DNA of 64,000 bases from Candidatus Latescibacterota bacterium (GTDB lineage: Bacteria > Latescibacterota > UBA2968 > GCA-2709665): assembly GCA_965248435.1 (NCBI GenBank), contig OZ252100.1, positions 800,001 to 864,000 of the forward strand. The letters are read 5' to 3'. Under the pieces are notes generated by a model that made no database searches, had not been told where the DNA came from, and worked only from the letters and a program-made list of their open reading frames with translations. The stretch's first letter is position 1; each line of letters starts with the position of its first letter. Shown here one piece after another: positions 9,418 through 19,297 of this stretch. Made by a program: the position numbers and the translations under genes.

Positions 9418-10134
9418 TCAATAGCTCCAGTTCTCTCGCCGAACCGGCAGGTGATTGAGTACCTGGCGATGGAACTGCCACTTGGGCATGAATCGATCCA
9501 TCAGCGCGACGAAGCGGGGGTTGTGGGTCGGCTCAAGCAAGTGAACCAGTTCGTGAACAACAATGTATTCAAGGCACTCCGCTGGCTTTTTGGCCAGCTC
9601 AGTGTTGAGGCGAATCGTGCGCGCCTTGTGGTTGCAGCTCCCCCATTTGGTCTTCATCCGCCGCACGAAGAACCGCTCCACCCTCACGCCGAGCAGCGGC
9701 TCCCATCGCGCAATGAGCGGCGGCGCAGCCTCCTTCAGCTGCTCGCGATACCATTCCTCGACGAGAACCTGCCTCCTGTGCTCATCTGTTCCTGGACGCA
9801 CGCGCAGAATCATCCCGCTGTGCTTCAGCTCGATGGAGGGTGGCTCATCCCTAGCAGCTACGGACAGCAAGTAGCGCTTACCCCAAACGTAGTGGCTTTC
9901 CCTCTCCACGTACTCGCGAGGCGTCTCGCGTTCCTGCGCGCGCAGCTTCTGCTGCTGCAGCTTGATCCAGCCCAGTTTGGAAATCGCGAAGAGGCGAAGC
10001 GTTTCCGTGCTTGTACGCTTCGGAGCTGAAACGCGTACTCTTCCTGTCGGTGGATGAACGCTGAGATGGACGTTCTTGATATCTTTGAAAACGACGTCCA
10101 CGGTGATGTCGCCCAACTCGAGTTGCTCGACCAT
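9418..10134 (-). CDS. M48/YgjP-like (DUF45) metallopeptidase associated with type I R-M
   Basis: MKTKWGSC, IRLNTEL, EYIVVHELVHLLEPTHN (HExxH); start overlaps the hsdR stop. Confidence 0.92.
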   Translation of the reverse strand: MVEQLELGDITVDVVFKDIKNVHLSVHPPTGRVRVSAPKRTSTETLRLFAISKLGWIKLQQQKLRAQERETPREYVERESHYVWGKRYLLSVAARDEPPSIELKHSGMILRVRPGTDEHRRQVLVEEWYREQLKEAAPPLIARWEPLLGVRVERFFVRRMKTKWGSCNHKARTIRLNTELAKKPAECLEYIVVHELVHLLEPTHNPRFVALMDRFMPKWQFHRQVLNHLPVRRENWSY

Positions 10135-13100
10135 CAGTATTCGCCTTGCTCGAATATGATGAGGAAGATCCGTTCCACCTCCGCCCCATCCTGAAGAATC
10201 TCGTGCAGGGCACCTTTAATCACCTGCTCGCGAGCTCTTACCCCACGCCATCCATCCGGCCGGTCTCGCTTCACCCTCGCGTCGATCGCCAGCGCTAGAT
10301 CCAGTGCCGGTTCGCCGGAGCTTAAGTACTCCACTGACGCCTCGGCCACGCGCTTCGCCCTCTTAGGCAACTCTCCGGCCTCCTTCAGGTTGTTGTAGAG
10401 CGCCCTCAATCCGGGGCTGTTCTTCAACTGCTCTGGCGTGTCTTCTGCGTGACCTGCCCTCCACACTCTTCGCGAGTTCGGCAATCCGCTTCAGGTATTC
10501 CTCATACTCGATGGCCCTCTCCTTGCGCAGCTCTATGATCTCCTGCAGCTGCGCGGACATCCTTTCGTAGAAGGCGGGGTCGCTCAGGTGCTCCTTGATG
10601 ATCTTGCGGCGGACATTGTTCTCGATGGTCTCGGCGATGGCGTTCTCATTTCCCTTCAAGCCACCCAGTTGTGTCGCTACGGCATTGGCGATGCCGGTCT
10701 TCACGATCAGCTCCAGCAGGCCCATGTTGTCGAAGGGCGAGATCTTGCGCGGCTCGTCGGCCTCGATGTAGGTGTCGATGAGGTGCCGCATGTCGGCCTC
10801 GTAGGGTTTGAGGTCGAGCGTCTCGCCGCTGGCCTTGCGGATTATTTCGCGGACCTTCAGGTAGTTATCGAGCTGCTGCTTGATGCGGATGATGTCGGCG
10901 GCACTGTATCCGGCAGGCTCAAGCTCGTCGACGATGTTGGCGTAAGCCCGAACCAGGTTCACGGTCGCCTTGTAAAGTGCGACCCGCTGCGGCTCCCGTT
11001 CCTTCAGGTCCGACGGTACCTCGGTATTGCCGCAGAAGTAGTGGATGTGCTCCAGCTCTCCCCTGGGCGGCTCGACCGGCTCGCAAACCAGGGCGGGCGC
11101 CTCCAGCGCGTCGTCGAGCCGTTCCTTCCCTTTCTTGAGACGGTCCTGCAGCAGCACCTCGGGAGCGGGCCCGCTCGCGCTGTGATCGAGCTCCGCGGTG
11201 TAGACGGCAATGGCGTTCTCGACCTTCTTGAAGAGGTCCTTGTAGTCCACGATGTAGCCGAAGTCCTTGTCCTCGCCATCCAGGCGGTTGACGCGGCAGA
11301 TGGCCTGGAACAGGCTGTGGTCCTGCATGGACTTGTCGATGTAGAGATAGGTGCACGGGGGCGCGTCGAAGCCGGTGAGGAGCTTGTCCACGACGACAAG
11401 CAGCTTCATGTTCGCCGGCTCCCTGGTGAACAGCGCCTTGGCCCACTCCTCGTAGGTCTCCGTCTTGGTTTTCCCCGGCTCGGCGTCGACGTCCTTTAGT
11501 AACTCAGTGTAGGTGTTGTAGATGAACTGCTTGTCGGTCTCGGTGTTGGCGCCGGTCTCCTCGAGCGTCACGTCTCTGGCCAGCGGGTTGTAGGACGTCA
11601 CCACCGCGCACCTGTCCTTGAATGGCGTCTTCTGGAATAGGGCGAAGTACTTACATGCCTCGTAGATGCTGGAGGCCACCAGGATCGCGTTTCCACGTTC
11701 GGCGGATATACGCGGCTTCACACTGAAGTCGAAGACGATGTCGCTCACCACGCGGTCCATGCGCGAGCGCGAGCTGAGCACCCGCTGCATCGTGCCCCAC
11801 GTCTTCTTCAGTTCATCCTTCTGCCAGTCGTTCAGCCATTTGGTCTTGGCCTCGAACCAGGCGTCGATTTTTGCCTCGGAGCCGAGGCGCTGATCGATGT
11901 CCCGCGCCTCATAGACCAGATCAAGCACGACTCCGTCGTCAACACCCTCGCTGAACTTGTAGGTGTGGATGTAGCCACCGAAGACTTCCAGGCTCGTTGC
12001 CCTGTCCTGGACCAGTAGCGGCGTGCCGGTGAAGCCGATGAATACCGCGTTGGGCATCATCACCTTCATCACCCGGTGCATCTTGCCACTCTGCGTGCGG
12101 TGACACTCGTCAACGAACACGAACACCTCGCCCACCGTCGGGCTGGGCTGGGCTTCCAGCTCCTTGATGAATGCGTCGAAATCGTCCATTTTCTTGCGGC
12201 CGAACTTGTGTACCAGCGAGCAGAGAAGGCGCGGCGTGGCCTGGCCGAGCCGACTCATCAGGTCGCGGCCGCTGCTGGTGCGATAGATAGCCTCGCCTAC
12301 CTCCGTGAAGACCCGCTCGATCTGCTTGTCCAGCTCGTCCCGGTCGGTAATAATGGCGACGCGGGCGTTGGGGTTGTTCTCGAGAATCCATTTGGCCAAA
12401 AACACCATCACGATGCTCTTGCCACTCCCCTGAGTGTGCCAGATGATGCCGCCCTTCTTCTCACGCGCGTGCGCCTGCGCGGCCTTGACGCCGAAATACT
12501 GGTGTGCACGCGGCAGCTTCTTCACGCCGCCGTCGAAGAGCACGAAGTCACGCATCAGCTCGATCAGACGGTCCTTGCGGCACATTTTGAGCAGGTACTT
12601 GTCCAGCTTGAAGCGGCTGTCGTCCGCTTCGTCCTCCTTCCACTTCAGGAAGTACTTCTCCGGCGTGTTGATGGTGCCGTACTGCAGCCCTTCGGAGTCG
12701 TTCCCGGCGAAGATGAACTGCACCGTGCTGAAGAACCAGGCGTTGAACTCCGGCTGCTGGTTCGAGAGGCTCTGACGGATGCCGTCGCCGATGCTCACAC
12801 GGCTGTTCTTCAGCTCCAGCACGCTGACGGCGATGCCGTTCACATACAACACGATGTCGGGCCGCCGCTCGCGATTTCCCTTGAGCGTCACCTCCTCAGC
12901 GATGGCGAAGTCGTTCTGCTCCGGCTCCTGCCAGTTGATGAGGTGGACGGTCTCCGTCACCTTGCCCGCCTCGATCTTCACAGGTACACCGTATCGCAGG
13001 AGGTTGTAAACAGCCTGGTTGTTGCCGTAGAGCGTGCGGCTGTGGTTGTCCGCCTCGGTGCGGAGCCTGTGGAGCGCCACGCCGATCTGTGCCGGCGTGT

Positions 13101-13260
13101 AGCCGCTATTGGTCAGCCACGCCGAGAGCAGGCCCTCCTCGATGTTGCTGTTGTCATCGCGGTCGGCCCGGTCGCCGAGGTGGCGGTAGCCCAGCTCGTC
13201 GCGGAACAGGGCGATAACCCGATCCTGCGTGGCGCGTTCCGGTTGGCCGAGGGTGGTCAT
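10134..13260 (-). pseudogene. hsdR: Type I restriction endonuclease subunit R with a +1 frameshift near 10457-10459
   Basis: RPDIVLYVNG..ELK nuclease, HTQGSGKS Walker A, DECH, FTGTP, LLTGFDAP, QAICRVNR; ORFs 10363..13275 and 10134..10484 join if one G of GAGGGCAGG is removed (VEAGHAEDTPE). Start MTTLGQPE at 13260 after GGAGG. Confidence 0.88.
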
Positions 13261-13538
13261 TTCAACACCTCCCAATGGCCAGATTGGGGGCTGGGCATCC
13301 CTGCTCTCGGCAGGTGCGAGTGATCAGCTCGATGCCACGCCCCCAGGATACGAGGTGGCCGGGACCGGAAAAAGACGTTGGCGATATCGGGATTGAAGGG
13401 GCGGGAGGCGTGTTTGGCGATCAGGTGTTCCAGGGTCCAACCTTCGGGCAAATGACCGGGGTTGGCAAACCCGCAGATCCAGCGCAAGTACTCATCGCGC
13501 CAGCTCGCTTTCCATTCGACTCGCTGGTGTTCATTCAT
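13257..13538 (-). pseudogene. Internally deleted AlbA_2 (Schlafen-like)/RecG-C-like protein remnant
   Basis: MNEHQRVEWKASWRDEYLRWICGFAN (AlbA_2 start) is joined directly to PGHLPEGWT...SRPFNPDIANVFFR; the following SWGRGI lies in another frame. Confidence 0.75.
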
Positions 13539-14161
13539 ACCATCCAGGCCTCCAGGCCATATACCGGGCGAGATTCGCGTAGATGGTTTTGGGCGTCTAC
13601 CGGAGGTTCGCACAGCGAATCCTGATCCCATTGCATCGGATTATCCACGATATACCGCCGGATACGATTCAATTCCTGTTCATTCCGGATAATATGTTCC
13701 CAATAATTGCGTTGCCAGATTTGCGATGCGTCCGACCGTTGCCGATGCCATTTCGTCACGCCAATTTTGAACCCGCGCACCATGGACCCGATGGTGCGCG
13801 ATGTGCCGGTGGGGCGCGGGGGCACCTGTAGGGGCGAATCATCATCGGGTAGGGGCGAATGATTATTCGCCCCTACCGCCGTTGCGTTTGCCGATGAATC
13901 CACAATAACCATGATGCCGTGAATGTGATTGGGCATGACCACCCATTCGTCCAATTCGACATTCGGGAAATGATCGGGAATCTGCAGCCAACAGTCTGTG
14001 GCAGTGCGGCCCACATCATTCAATACCATCCTGCCCTCCGCGATGGTTCCGAACAGGCAGCGCCGATTCTGCGTACAGATGGTGATGAAATAGGCGCCCG
14101 CCCGAGAATAATCATAGCCGTGCAGACGAACCGAACGACGATTTCTGTCCCCCGTTTTCAT
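13535..14161 (-). CDS. RAYT-type Y1 HUH transposase/nuclease (IS200/TnpA-like)
   Basis: RRSVRLHGYDYS..GAYFITICT, VVMPNHIHGI (HUH), WQRNYWEHIIRN, YIVDNP (catalytic Tyr); ATGA overlaps at both ends. Confidence 0.9.
   Translation of the reverse strand: MKTGDRNRRSVRLHGYDYSRAGAYFITICTQNRRCLFGTIAEGRMVLNDVGRTATDCWLQIPDHFPNVELDEWVVMPNHIHGIMVIVDSSANATAVGANNHSPLPDDDSPLQVPPRPTGTSRTIGSMVRGFKIGVTKWHRQRSDASQIWQRNYWEHIIRNEQELNRIRRYIVDNPMQWDQDSLCEPPVDAQNHLRESRPVYGLEAWMV
13828..13876. repeat. GTAG-type REP palindrome plus a partial copy inside the RAYT ORF
   Basis: GTAGGGGCGAAT-GATT-ATTCGCCCCTAC at 13849-13876 and GTAGGGGCGAATC at 13828-13840. Confidence 0.8.
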
Positions 14162-15405
14162 GCTAACCGAATCCTCCCGGTGAGCAGCTCCTGCATCATG
14201 CCCTGCTTGAGTTGGCGGGCTTTGGTGAGCTTCGCTTCCAACGCGGCGATCTCCGCGTCCATGTCCGAAAGGATGGCGGCGATGGCGGTTTGTTCGTCGA
14301 TAGTCGCGGGCGTCTCATAAACGAAACCCACGAAGTCCTTCTGATAAAGGTGATTGATTGTCGACCCGGCGCTGAGCTGAATAAGAAACTCGGTGAATGC
14401 GTTGGAACACAGCAGGTAATAGAAGAACTCGGGGTGAAAAGCGTCTTCTACAGGCCGTATCACGAAGACTCCGCTGTTAAGCGTCGCCGGTTTAGGCAAA
14501 TTGGCAACAAAAGTGATCTTGCCGATGGTTCCGTCCTTCGTCACGAGAACATCATGCTCTTTCAACTGAATGTACTTGTCCTGCTTATAGCGAGACTCGT
14601 CGACGTAGTGGCAATTGTTCCAGTCGATGTAGCCATCCTTGAATTCGGTGCCCGTGACGAGGTAGTAGTTCCCGGAGTCTCGGTACTCAGCAGTCGTTAA
14701 ACCCTGCCATCCAATGCGCGCTTTGAGGATGGCCGTATTCCCCAACCGCTTCATCTCCCACTCCCCGCTGAAGCCCGGCAGGCGCTTCTTGCCGGTGAGC
14801 AATTCCTGCATGGCGCCTTGTTTAAGCTGGCGCTTCTTGGCGAGGAGTTGCTCCAGGGATTCGATGAGGGCATCCGCATCGCTCAACGCCTCAGCGATGG
14901 CCTCTTGTTCGGCCAGTGGCGGAACAGGAAGTAAATACGGCCTAAGCTTTTCAAGGTTGATGTTTAGCTGGGCGTTGTGAGACGCCAGGTTTTCAAACGA
15001 CGCCTTACGCCTCCCCAATTCGTGTGCGAGCCAGCGCTTGTCGATCCTGTTGACGGAAGTAATGGCAACAAGACTGTCCGGGCAGGCCGTATCGAAGCCC
15101 GCAAACCCAACGTCCCCGATGTTTGCGGCGATCGTGAAGAAGAGAGTTCCTCGCGGAAAGAGCTTGCTAACCTTCAGGCCTTCTCGATTCAGCGTCTGTG
15201 AGTACCTGTTGATCCAACCACCGGAGTTCCTCACATCGCCGGTCTGGATGAACGGGATCTCTCCTCCATAATACTTTGGATCATTCCGAGGTCGAGCCGT
15301 GAACTTCCCTCGTTCAATGTTTGCTAGAGACTGGAATGGCTTGACCCCCCATTCCTCCGGAATCACCCCTACCTCGGTCTGCTTGTAGCCTGGCTTCAGT
15401 TCCAT
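14158..15405 (-). CDS. hsdS: Type I R-M specificity subunit S
   Basis: Real start MELKPGYKQTEVGVIPEEW at 15405; two TRDs with conserved regions PPLAEQEAIAEALSDAD..KQGAMQELLTG and EQTAIAAILSDMD..KQGMMQELLTG. Confidence 0.95.
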   Translation of the reverse strand: MELKPGYKQTEVGVIPEEWGVKPFQSLANIERGKFTARPRNDPKYYGGEIPFIQTGDVRNSGGWINRYSQTLNREGLKVSKLFPRGTLFFTIAANIGDVGFAGFDTACPDSLVAITSVNRIDKRWLAHELGRRKASFENLASHNAQLNINLEKLRPYLLPVPPLAEQEAIAEALSDADALIESLEQLLAKKRQLKQGAMQELLTGKKRLPGFSGEWEMKRLGNTAILKARIGWQGLTTAEYRDSGNYYLVTGTEFKDGYIDWNNCHYVDESRYKQDKYIQLKEHDVLVTKDGTIGKITFVANLPKPATLNSGVFVIRPVEDAFHPEFFYYLLCSNAFTEFLIQLSAGSTINHLYQKDFVGFVYETPATIDEQTAIAAILSDMDAEIAALEAKLTKARQLKQGMMQELLTGRIRLA

Positions 15406-17795
15406 GCGAACCCCATCACCTCCAAGTGGCGGTTGACCCTGGCCTCCAGGTCGGCCACGCGGTCGGCCATCTGCGGCAGCGGGGTATCGTAGCGCTCGGA
15501 CAGATCCTTCACGCGCTGGGTGAGTTGCTGGCTCAGGCGGTCCATCTCGCCGTGGATGGCGGCATCGAGCGAGGCCAGCCATTTGTCGTCTACTACCAAA
15601 GCCTTGATCTCGGCCTCGGTGAGCTTCTGATAGTGCGCGTAGGCCTGGGCGTCGAGCGCGGCCTCTGCCGCCTTGAGACGCTTCTTGAGGTCGGCCTCAT
15701 CGTCGTTGAGCTTCAGCCAGTCCTTCAGCGCGGCGGCTTCGTCCTCCACGTCCTTGCCGCCCCCGATCTCTCTCAGCCGGGCGTTGACGTTGGCCTTGTT
15801 CACCTTGTCGAGCTCGGCCAACGCTCCGTCCTCGCCTCCGTGTTCCTCCTCCATCTCCGTGAAGCGTGCGGCGACGCCTTCCAACCCGGCGGCCAGCTGG
15901 TCGATGGCCGCTTGTTCGTCCGCGAAGTAGCGAGCGACTATGAGGGCCTTGGGGATGAGGTCGCAGGTCCAGCCCTTGTCCTTCTCCTTACCCTTCCTGT
16001 CCGTCTCGATGATGCGGGTGGCCTCGGCCTTCCAGCCATCGGCGGCGACCAGGTAGCAGTCGTCCTGCATGGTCTCTGCCCAGAAATCCATCAGGTGCTG
16101 ATAGACGTCGTAGGGGTCGATGAGCGGCTTGCCGGTGTAGTGGGCGAGTAGGCCCTCGGCCAGCGCTGCGATGACCTCCTTGGGATGGCAGCCGGCCTGC
16201 AATGCCTTGAGCGTTACGATGCTCGTCTCCCGCCACGCGGCGAAATGGGCGTTCATGCCCGTGATGAAGGAGGCGAACTCGGGATGCTCGTAGATGGCGG
16301 ACTTGATGGCCGACTTCTCTACGCTGAGATCGAAGTAGCCGGGGCGGCTTTCCTTGAACAGGCTCTGCCGGAGCTGCGGGCAGACGGCCCAGTAGCGCTC
16401 GAGCGCATCGACATCGGCGGCGGGGATGCCGCCCTGAAGGTGACCCGCGATGTCCTGCAGGTCCTCGGGCGTCTGGCTGTCGATGTAGCGCGGCAGGTTG
16501 AGGTTGAACTCGTTCTTCTCGATCTCGGCGAAGGGGACCGTGCGCGCGTATTTCGGGACGTCGAGCCGCCTGTTGAAGACGTCCACGATCTTGTGGATGT
16601 CCATGTTGCGCAGGCGGTTCTTGGGGCCGTCCTTCATGAAGCCGGCGCTGGCGTCGATCATGAAGATGCCCTTCCGGGCCTGGGCGCCCTCTTTGTCTAC
16701 AACGACGATGCAGGCGGGGATGCCGGTGCCGTAGAAAAGGTTGGCAGGCAGGCCGATGATGCCCTTGATGTAGCCCTTCCGCACGAGGGCGCGGCGGATG
16801 TCGGCCTCGACGTTACCGCGGAAGAGCACGCCGTGCGGCAGAATGCACGCGCCCTTGCCAGTACTCTTGAGGGAGCGGACGATGTGCAGCAGGTAGGCGT
16901 AGTCGCCCTGCTTGGCGGGCGGCGTACCGAATGGCTTGAAGCGCTCGAAGGGCTCGTTCAGCGGATCGAGGCCGGTGCTCCATCGTTTGTCGGAAAAGGG
17001 TGGATTAGCGACGACATAGTCGAAGGTCTTGAGGGTGTCGCCGTCCTTGAACTTGGGATCGGCAAGCGTGTTGCCCTGCACAACGAGCGCGGTCGGGTTG
17101 TCGTGCAGAATCATATTCATCCGCGCGAGGCCGCTGGTGGCGGCGTCTTTTTCCTGCCCGTAGAGCGTGACGGCGGTGGCGGCCTCGTCGCCCACCTTCA
17201 GGAGCAGCGACCCGGAGCCGCAGGTGGGGTCGTAGACAGTGGTGGCGGCGCTGGTCCTGGCGTCGCGGATGCCGACGATTTGCGCCATGATGCGGCTGAC
17301 CTCGGCGGGGGTGTAGAACTGGCCCTTGCTCTTGCCACTCTCGGTGGCGAAGTGCCGCATCAGGTATTCGTAAGCGTCACCCAGGATATCGTCGCCCTCG
17401 GCGCGGTTCCTGGAGAAGTCGAGGGCCGGGTTCTCGAAGATGGCGACGAGGTTGGTGAGCCGGTCCACCATCTCCTTGCCGCTGCCGAGCTTGGTGGGGT
17501 CGTTGAAGTCCGGGAAGTCGGAGAGCTTGTTGGCGTTGGCCAGCGGGGCGATGATCTTCTTGTTGATCTGGTCGCCGATGTCCGGCTTGCCCTTGAGCGC
17601 GACCATGTCCTTGAAGCTCGCGCCGGGCGGGATCGTGATCGGCGCGTAGGTCTGGCCGGCGTATTTGTCGCTGACGTACTTGATGAAGAGCAGGACGAGG
17701 ACGTAGTCCTTGTACTGGCTTGCATCCATGCCGCCGCGCAGCTCGTCGCAGCTTTGCCAGAGGGAGCTATAGAGTTCGGACTTCTTCAGGGCCAT
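15396..17795 (-). CDS. hsdM: Type I R-M methyltransferase subunit M (long form, m6A)
   Basis: GQFYTP, YDPTCGSGS (motif I), NPPF (motif IV), LPHGVLFRG, LPANLFYGT, NLNLPRYID. Confidence 0.96.
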   Translation of the reverse strand: MALKKSELYSSLWQSCDELRGGMDASQYKDYVLVLLFIKYVSDKYAGQTYAPITIPPGASFKDMVALKGKPDIGDQINKKIIAPLANANKLSDFPDFNDPTKLGSGKEMVDRLTNLVAIFENPALDFSRNRAEGDDILGDAYEYLMRHFATESGKSKGQFYTPAEVSRIMAQIVGIRDARTSAATTVYDPTCGSGSLLLKVGDEAATAVTLYGQEKDAATSGLARMNMILHDNPTALVVQGNTLADPKFKDGDTLKTFDYVVANPPFSDKRWSTGLDPLNEPFERFKPFGTPPAKQGDYAYLLHIVRSLKSTGKGACILPHGVLFRGNVEADIRRALVRKGYIKGIIGLPANLFYGTGIPACIVVVDKEGAQARKGIFMIDASAGFMKDGPKNRLRNMDIHKIVDVFNRRLDVPKYARTVPFAEIEKNEFNLNLPRYIDSQTPEDLQDIAGHLQGGIPAADVDALERYWAVCPQLRQSLFKESRPGYFDLSVEKSAIKSAIYEHPEFASFITGMNAHFAAWRETSIVTLKALQAGCHPKEVIAALAEGLLAHYTGKPLIDPYDVYQHLMDFWAETMQDDCYLVAADGWKAEATRIIETDRKGKEKDKGWTCDLIPKALIVARYFADEQAAIDQLAAGLEGVAARFTEMEEEHGGEDGALAELDKVNKANVNARLREIGGGKDVEDEAAALKDWLKLNDDEADLKKRLKAAEAALDAQAYAHYQKLTEAEIKALVVDDKWLASLDAAIHGEMDRLSQQLTQRVKDLSERYDTPLPQMADRVADLEARVNRHLEVMGFAWN

Positions 17796-17914
17796 TCGCT
17801 AGTTGCTCCAAGCATGAGACGCCGCCGGTAACCCCTTGGCACGGTCGGCGGCGCGGTAACCTGCGAGCCTCGAAAACCTGGGTTCCCGGCCGCCTATTTC
17901 TCTCCCGTCGTGCT

Positions 17915-17969
17915 CTCTAACATTGAGTTCCTCATCGCAGCCAAGTAGCAGGCTGGCACTCTGTTCAGG
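17915..17969 (-). repeat. Degenerate second attC-like hairpin adjacent to the main attC
   Basis: Minus strand CCTGAAC-AGAGT..CAGCC..GGCTG..ACTC-AAT-GTTAGAG. Confidence 0.35.
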
Positions 17970-17970
17970 C

Positions 17971-18039
17971 GCTCAACGTCCTGCTTAAGCTGACAAACCA
18001 GCGAAGCTGTATTTGGTCAGCTTCAAGTAGCTGTTAGGC
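17971..18039 (-). mobile_element. attC: Integron attC recombination site
   Basis: Minus strand R'' GCCTAAC (contains the gene's TAA stop), 5 nt, L'' CTTGAAGC ... L' GCTTAAG, 6 nt, R' GTTGAGC; one extra unpaired base at L'' position 4; 69 bp. Confidence 0.88.
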
Positions 18040-19110
18040 GGCATTGCCTTTATCCTTCGGTTCTCTACCTACTACACGCGTGTAGCCCTCGCGCGTACTG
18101 AATGCCCTGGCCAAGCGTTCGATCCAAGCTTTGGTGTAGACGTAATCCCCATGGGTTTTATCGAACACGCAGTATTCTCCACGGGTCTGTTCGGGTTTTC
18201 CGACACCATATTTCGGCCGGACTTTGTAATATCTCCATGCATCAGTGTGGGTCGCCATCGATATTTCGTATAGCAGTCTTTCGTTTAACTCTTTAACTAC
18301 GTCACTTGGTCTATACAGATCCAAATTTGCGATCGGTATTTGCTTTTCCTTTATAAGCACGTTCAACTTCCCAAGACGCTCCAACTCGGTGTCACTCGCT
18401 TCGTCGACCCGAACAAACTCCACGGAAACGTCGGCTGCGCTCTCTCGATTTGCAACCTTCGGAACTAGGAACACGTTAAACGAGTACTTCATGCTGTTCA
18501 GCACATCACCAGGTAGCCCCCCGCGAAATGTTTCAACATATTCTCGTACTGTTTTTACAGCTGAGTTGACCAATTTTTTCGCGGCTGCCTTCTTCTCGGG
18601 AGGCATAATTTGAGAAAATTGAAGTGACACAGCCAACTGTTCCACAAGCGCATATTTCTTCCCGAACTTTGACACTAACAGTTCTTCGAGGTTGAGTAGT
18701 GTAGCTTGGCACTCGCCGTAGAGAGATGGGTCTAGCTCAGGGAGATACCGGTGCTCAATCTTGTTTCGTAAACCGATCAAGAACTCCAAATTCTTACGCT
18801 CGGGAGGAAAGTCGGACCCATAATATTGTTTAAGGCATTCGGATAAATCCCAGTGCTTAGGCTCTCCGTCGATCCGTTGGTAACGAATGCCCGTTCCGGA
18901 ACCGGAATTCCTTTTTCTATACCAAGGTCTCTTGTTGCGTTTATAGAAAATCGCGTGAAACAAGGCTGTCCACGCAATAACAATCATCACTAAGTACTGT
19001 TCGGTTCTGAATCGAGGCCCGGGACGGTTGTAAGCTTCTACGGCCGCGAGAGTTGCAGCTTTGCACTTTTCCAAATTGTCTCGGACCGGTTGAGAAAGTG
19101 CTTTTGCCAT
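18034..19110 (-). CDS. DUF3644-family protein with HEPN-like RxxxxH motif (integron cassette gene, putative anti-phage RNase)
   Basis: AAVEAYNRP..FRTEQYLVMIVIAW, NLEFLIGLRNKIEH, YVYTKAWIE C-terminus; visibly more AT-rich than flanking hsdM. Confidence 0.78.
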   Translation of the reverse strand: MAKALSQPVRDNLEKCKAATLAAVEAYNRPGPRFRTEQYLVMIVIAWTALFHAIFYKRNKRPWYRKRNSGSGTGIRYQRIDGEPKHWDLSECLKQYYGSDFPPERKNLEFLIGLRNKIEHRYLPELDPSLYGECQATLLNLEELLVSKFGKKYALVEQLAVSLQFSQIMPPEKKAAAKKLVNSAVKTVREYVETFRGGLPGDVLNSMKYSFNVFLVPKVANRESAADVSVEFVRVDEASDTELERLGKLNVLIKEKQIPIANLDLYRPSDVVKELNERLLYEISMATHTDAWRYYKVRPKYGVGKPEQTRGEYCVFDKTHGDYVYTKAWIERLARAFSTREGYTRVVGREPKDKGNAA

Positions 19111-19297
19111 CAGATTCGCCGTGATTCTCTATGCCACATGACACAAATTATGCAGGTGAGTATAATTCCCGAGCATAATCAATTCTCGGAGGATCTCGCG
19201 TCACGGTTCTATCCTTTCGTGAGCGCAACTTCCTGTATCCATTCGACTACGGAAAAAGTCGGCAAAATCCCTCCGGGTTGATATCCGTGCGAGCCGG

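Noticed and set aside
13535-14161. Autonomous IS200/IS605 element
   Set aside because: No tnpB, no flanking non-coding ends, and the gene overlaps its neighbours on both sides.
14158-15405. hsdS shufflon / phase-variable inversion
   Set aside because: Only one hsdS, no silent TRD copies, no invertase and no long inverted repeats seen.
16185-17831. Long + strand ORFs (548 aa here; also 12076..13323, 10588..11499, 26559..27629, 6467..7426)
   Set aside because: Antisense shadows of GC-rich genes with clear motifs on the - strand; no recognisable domains.
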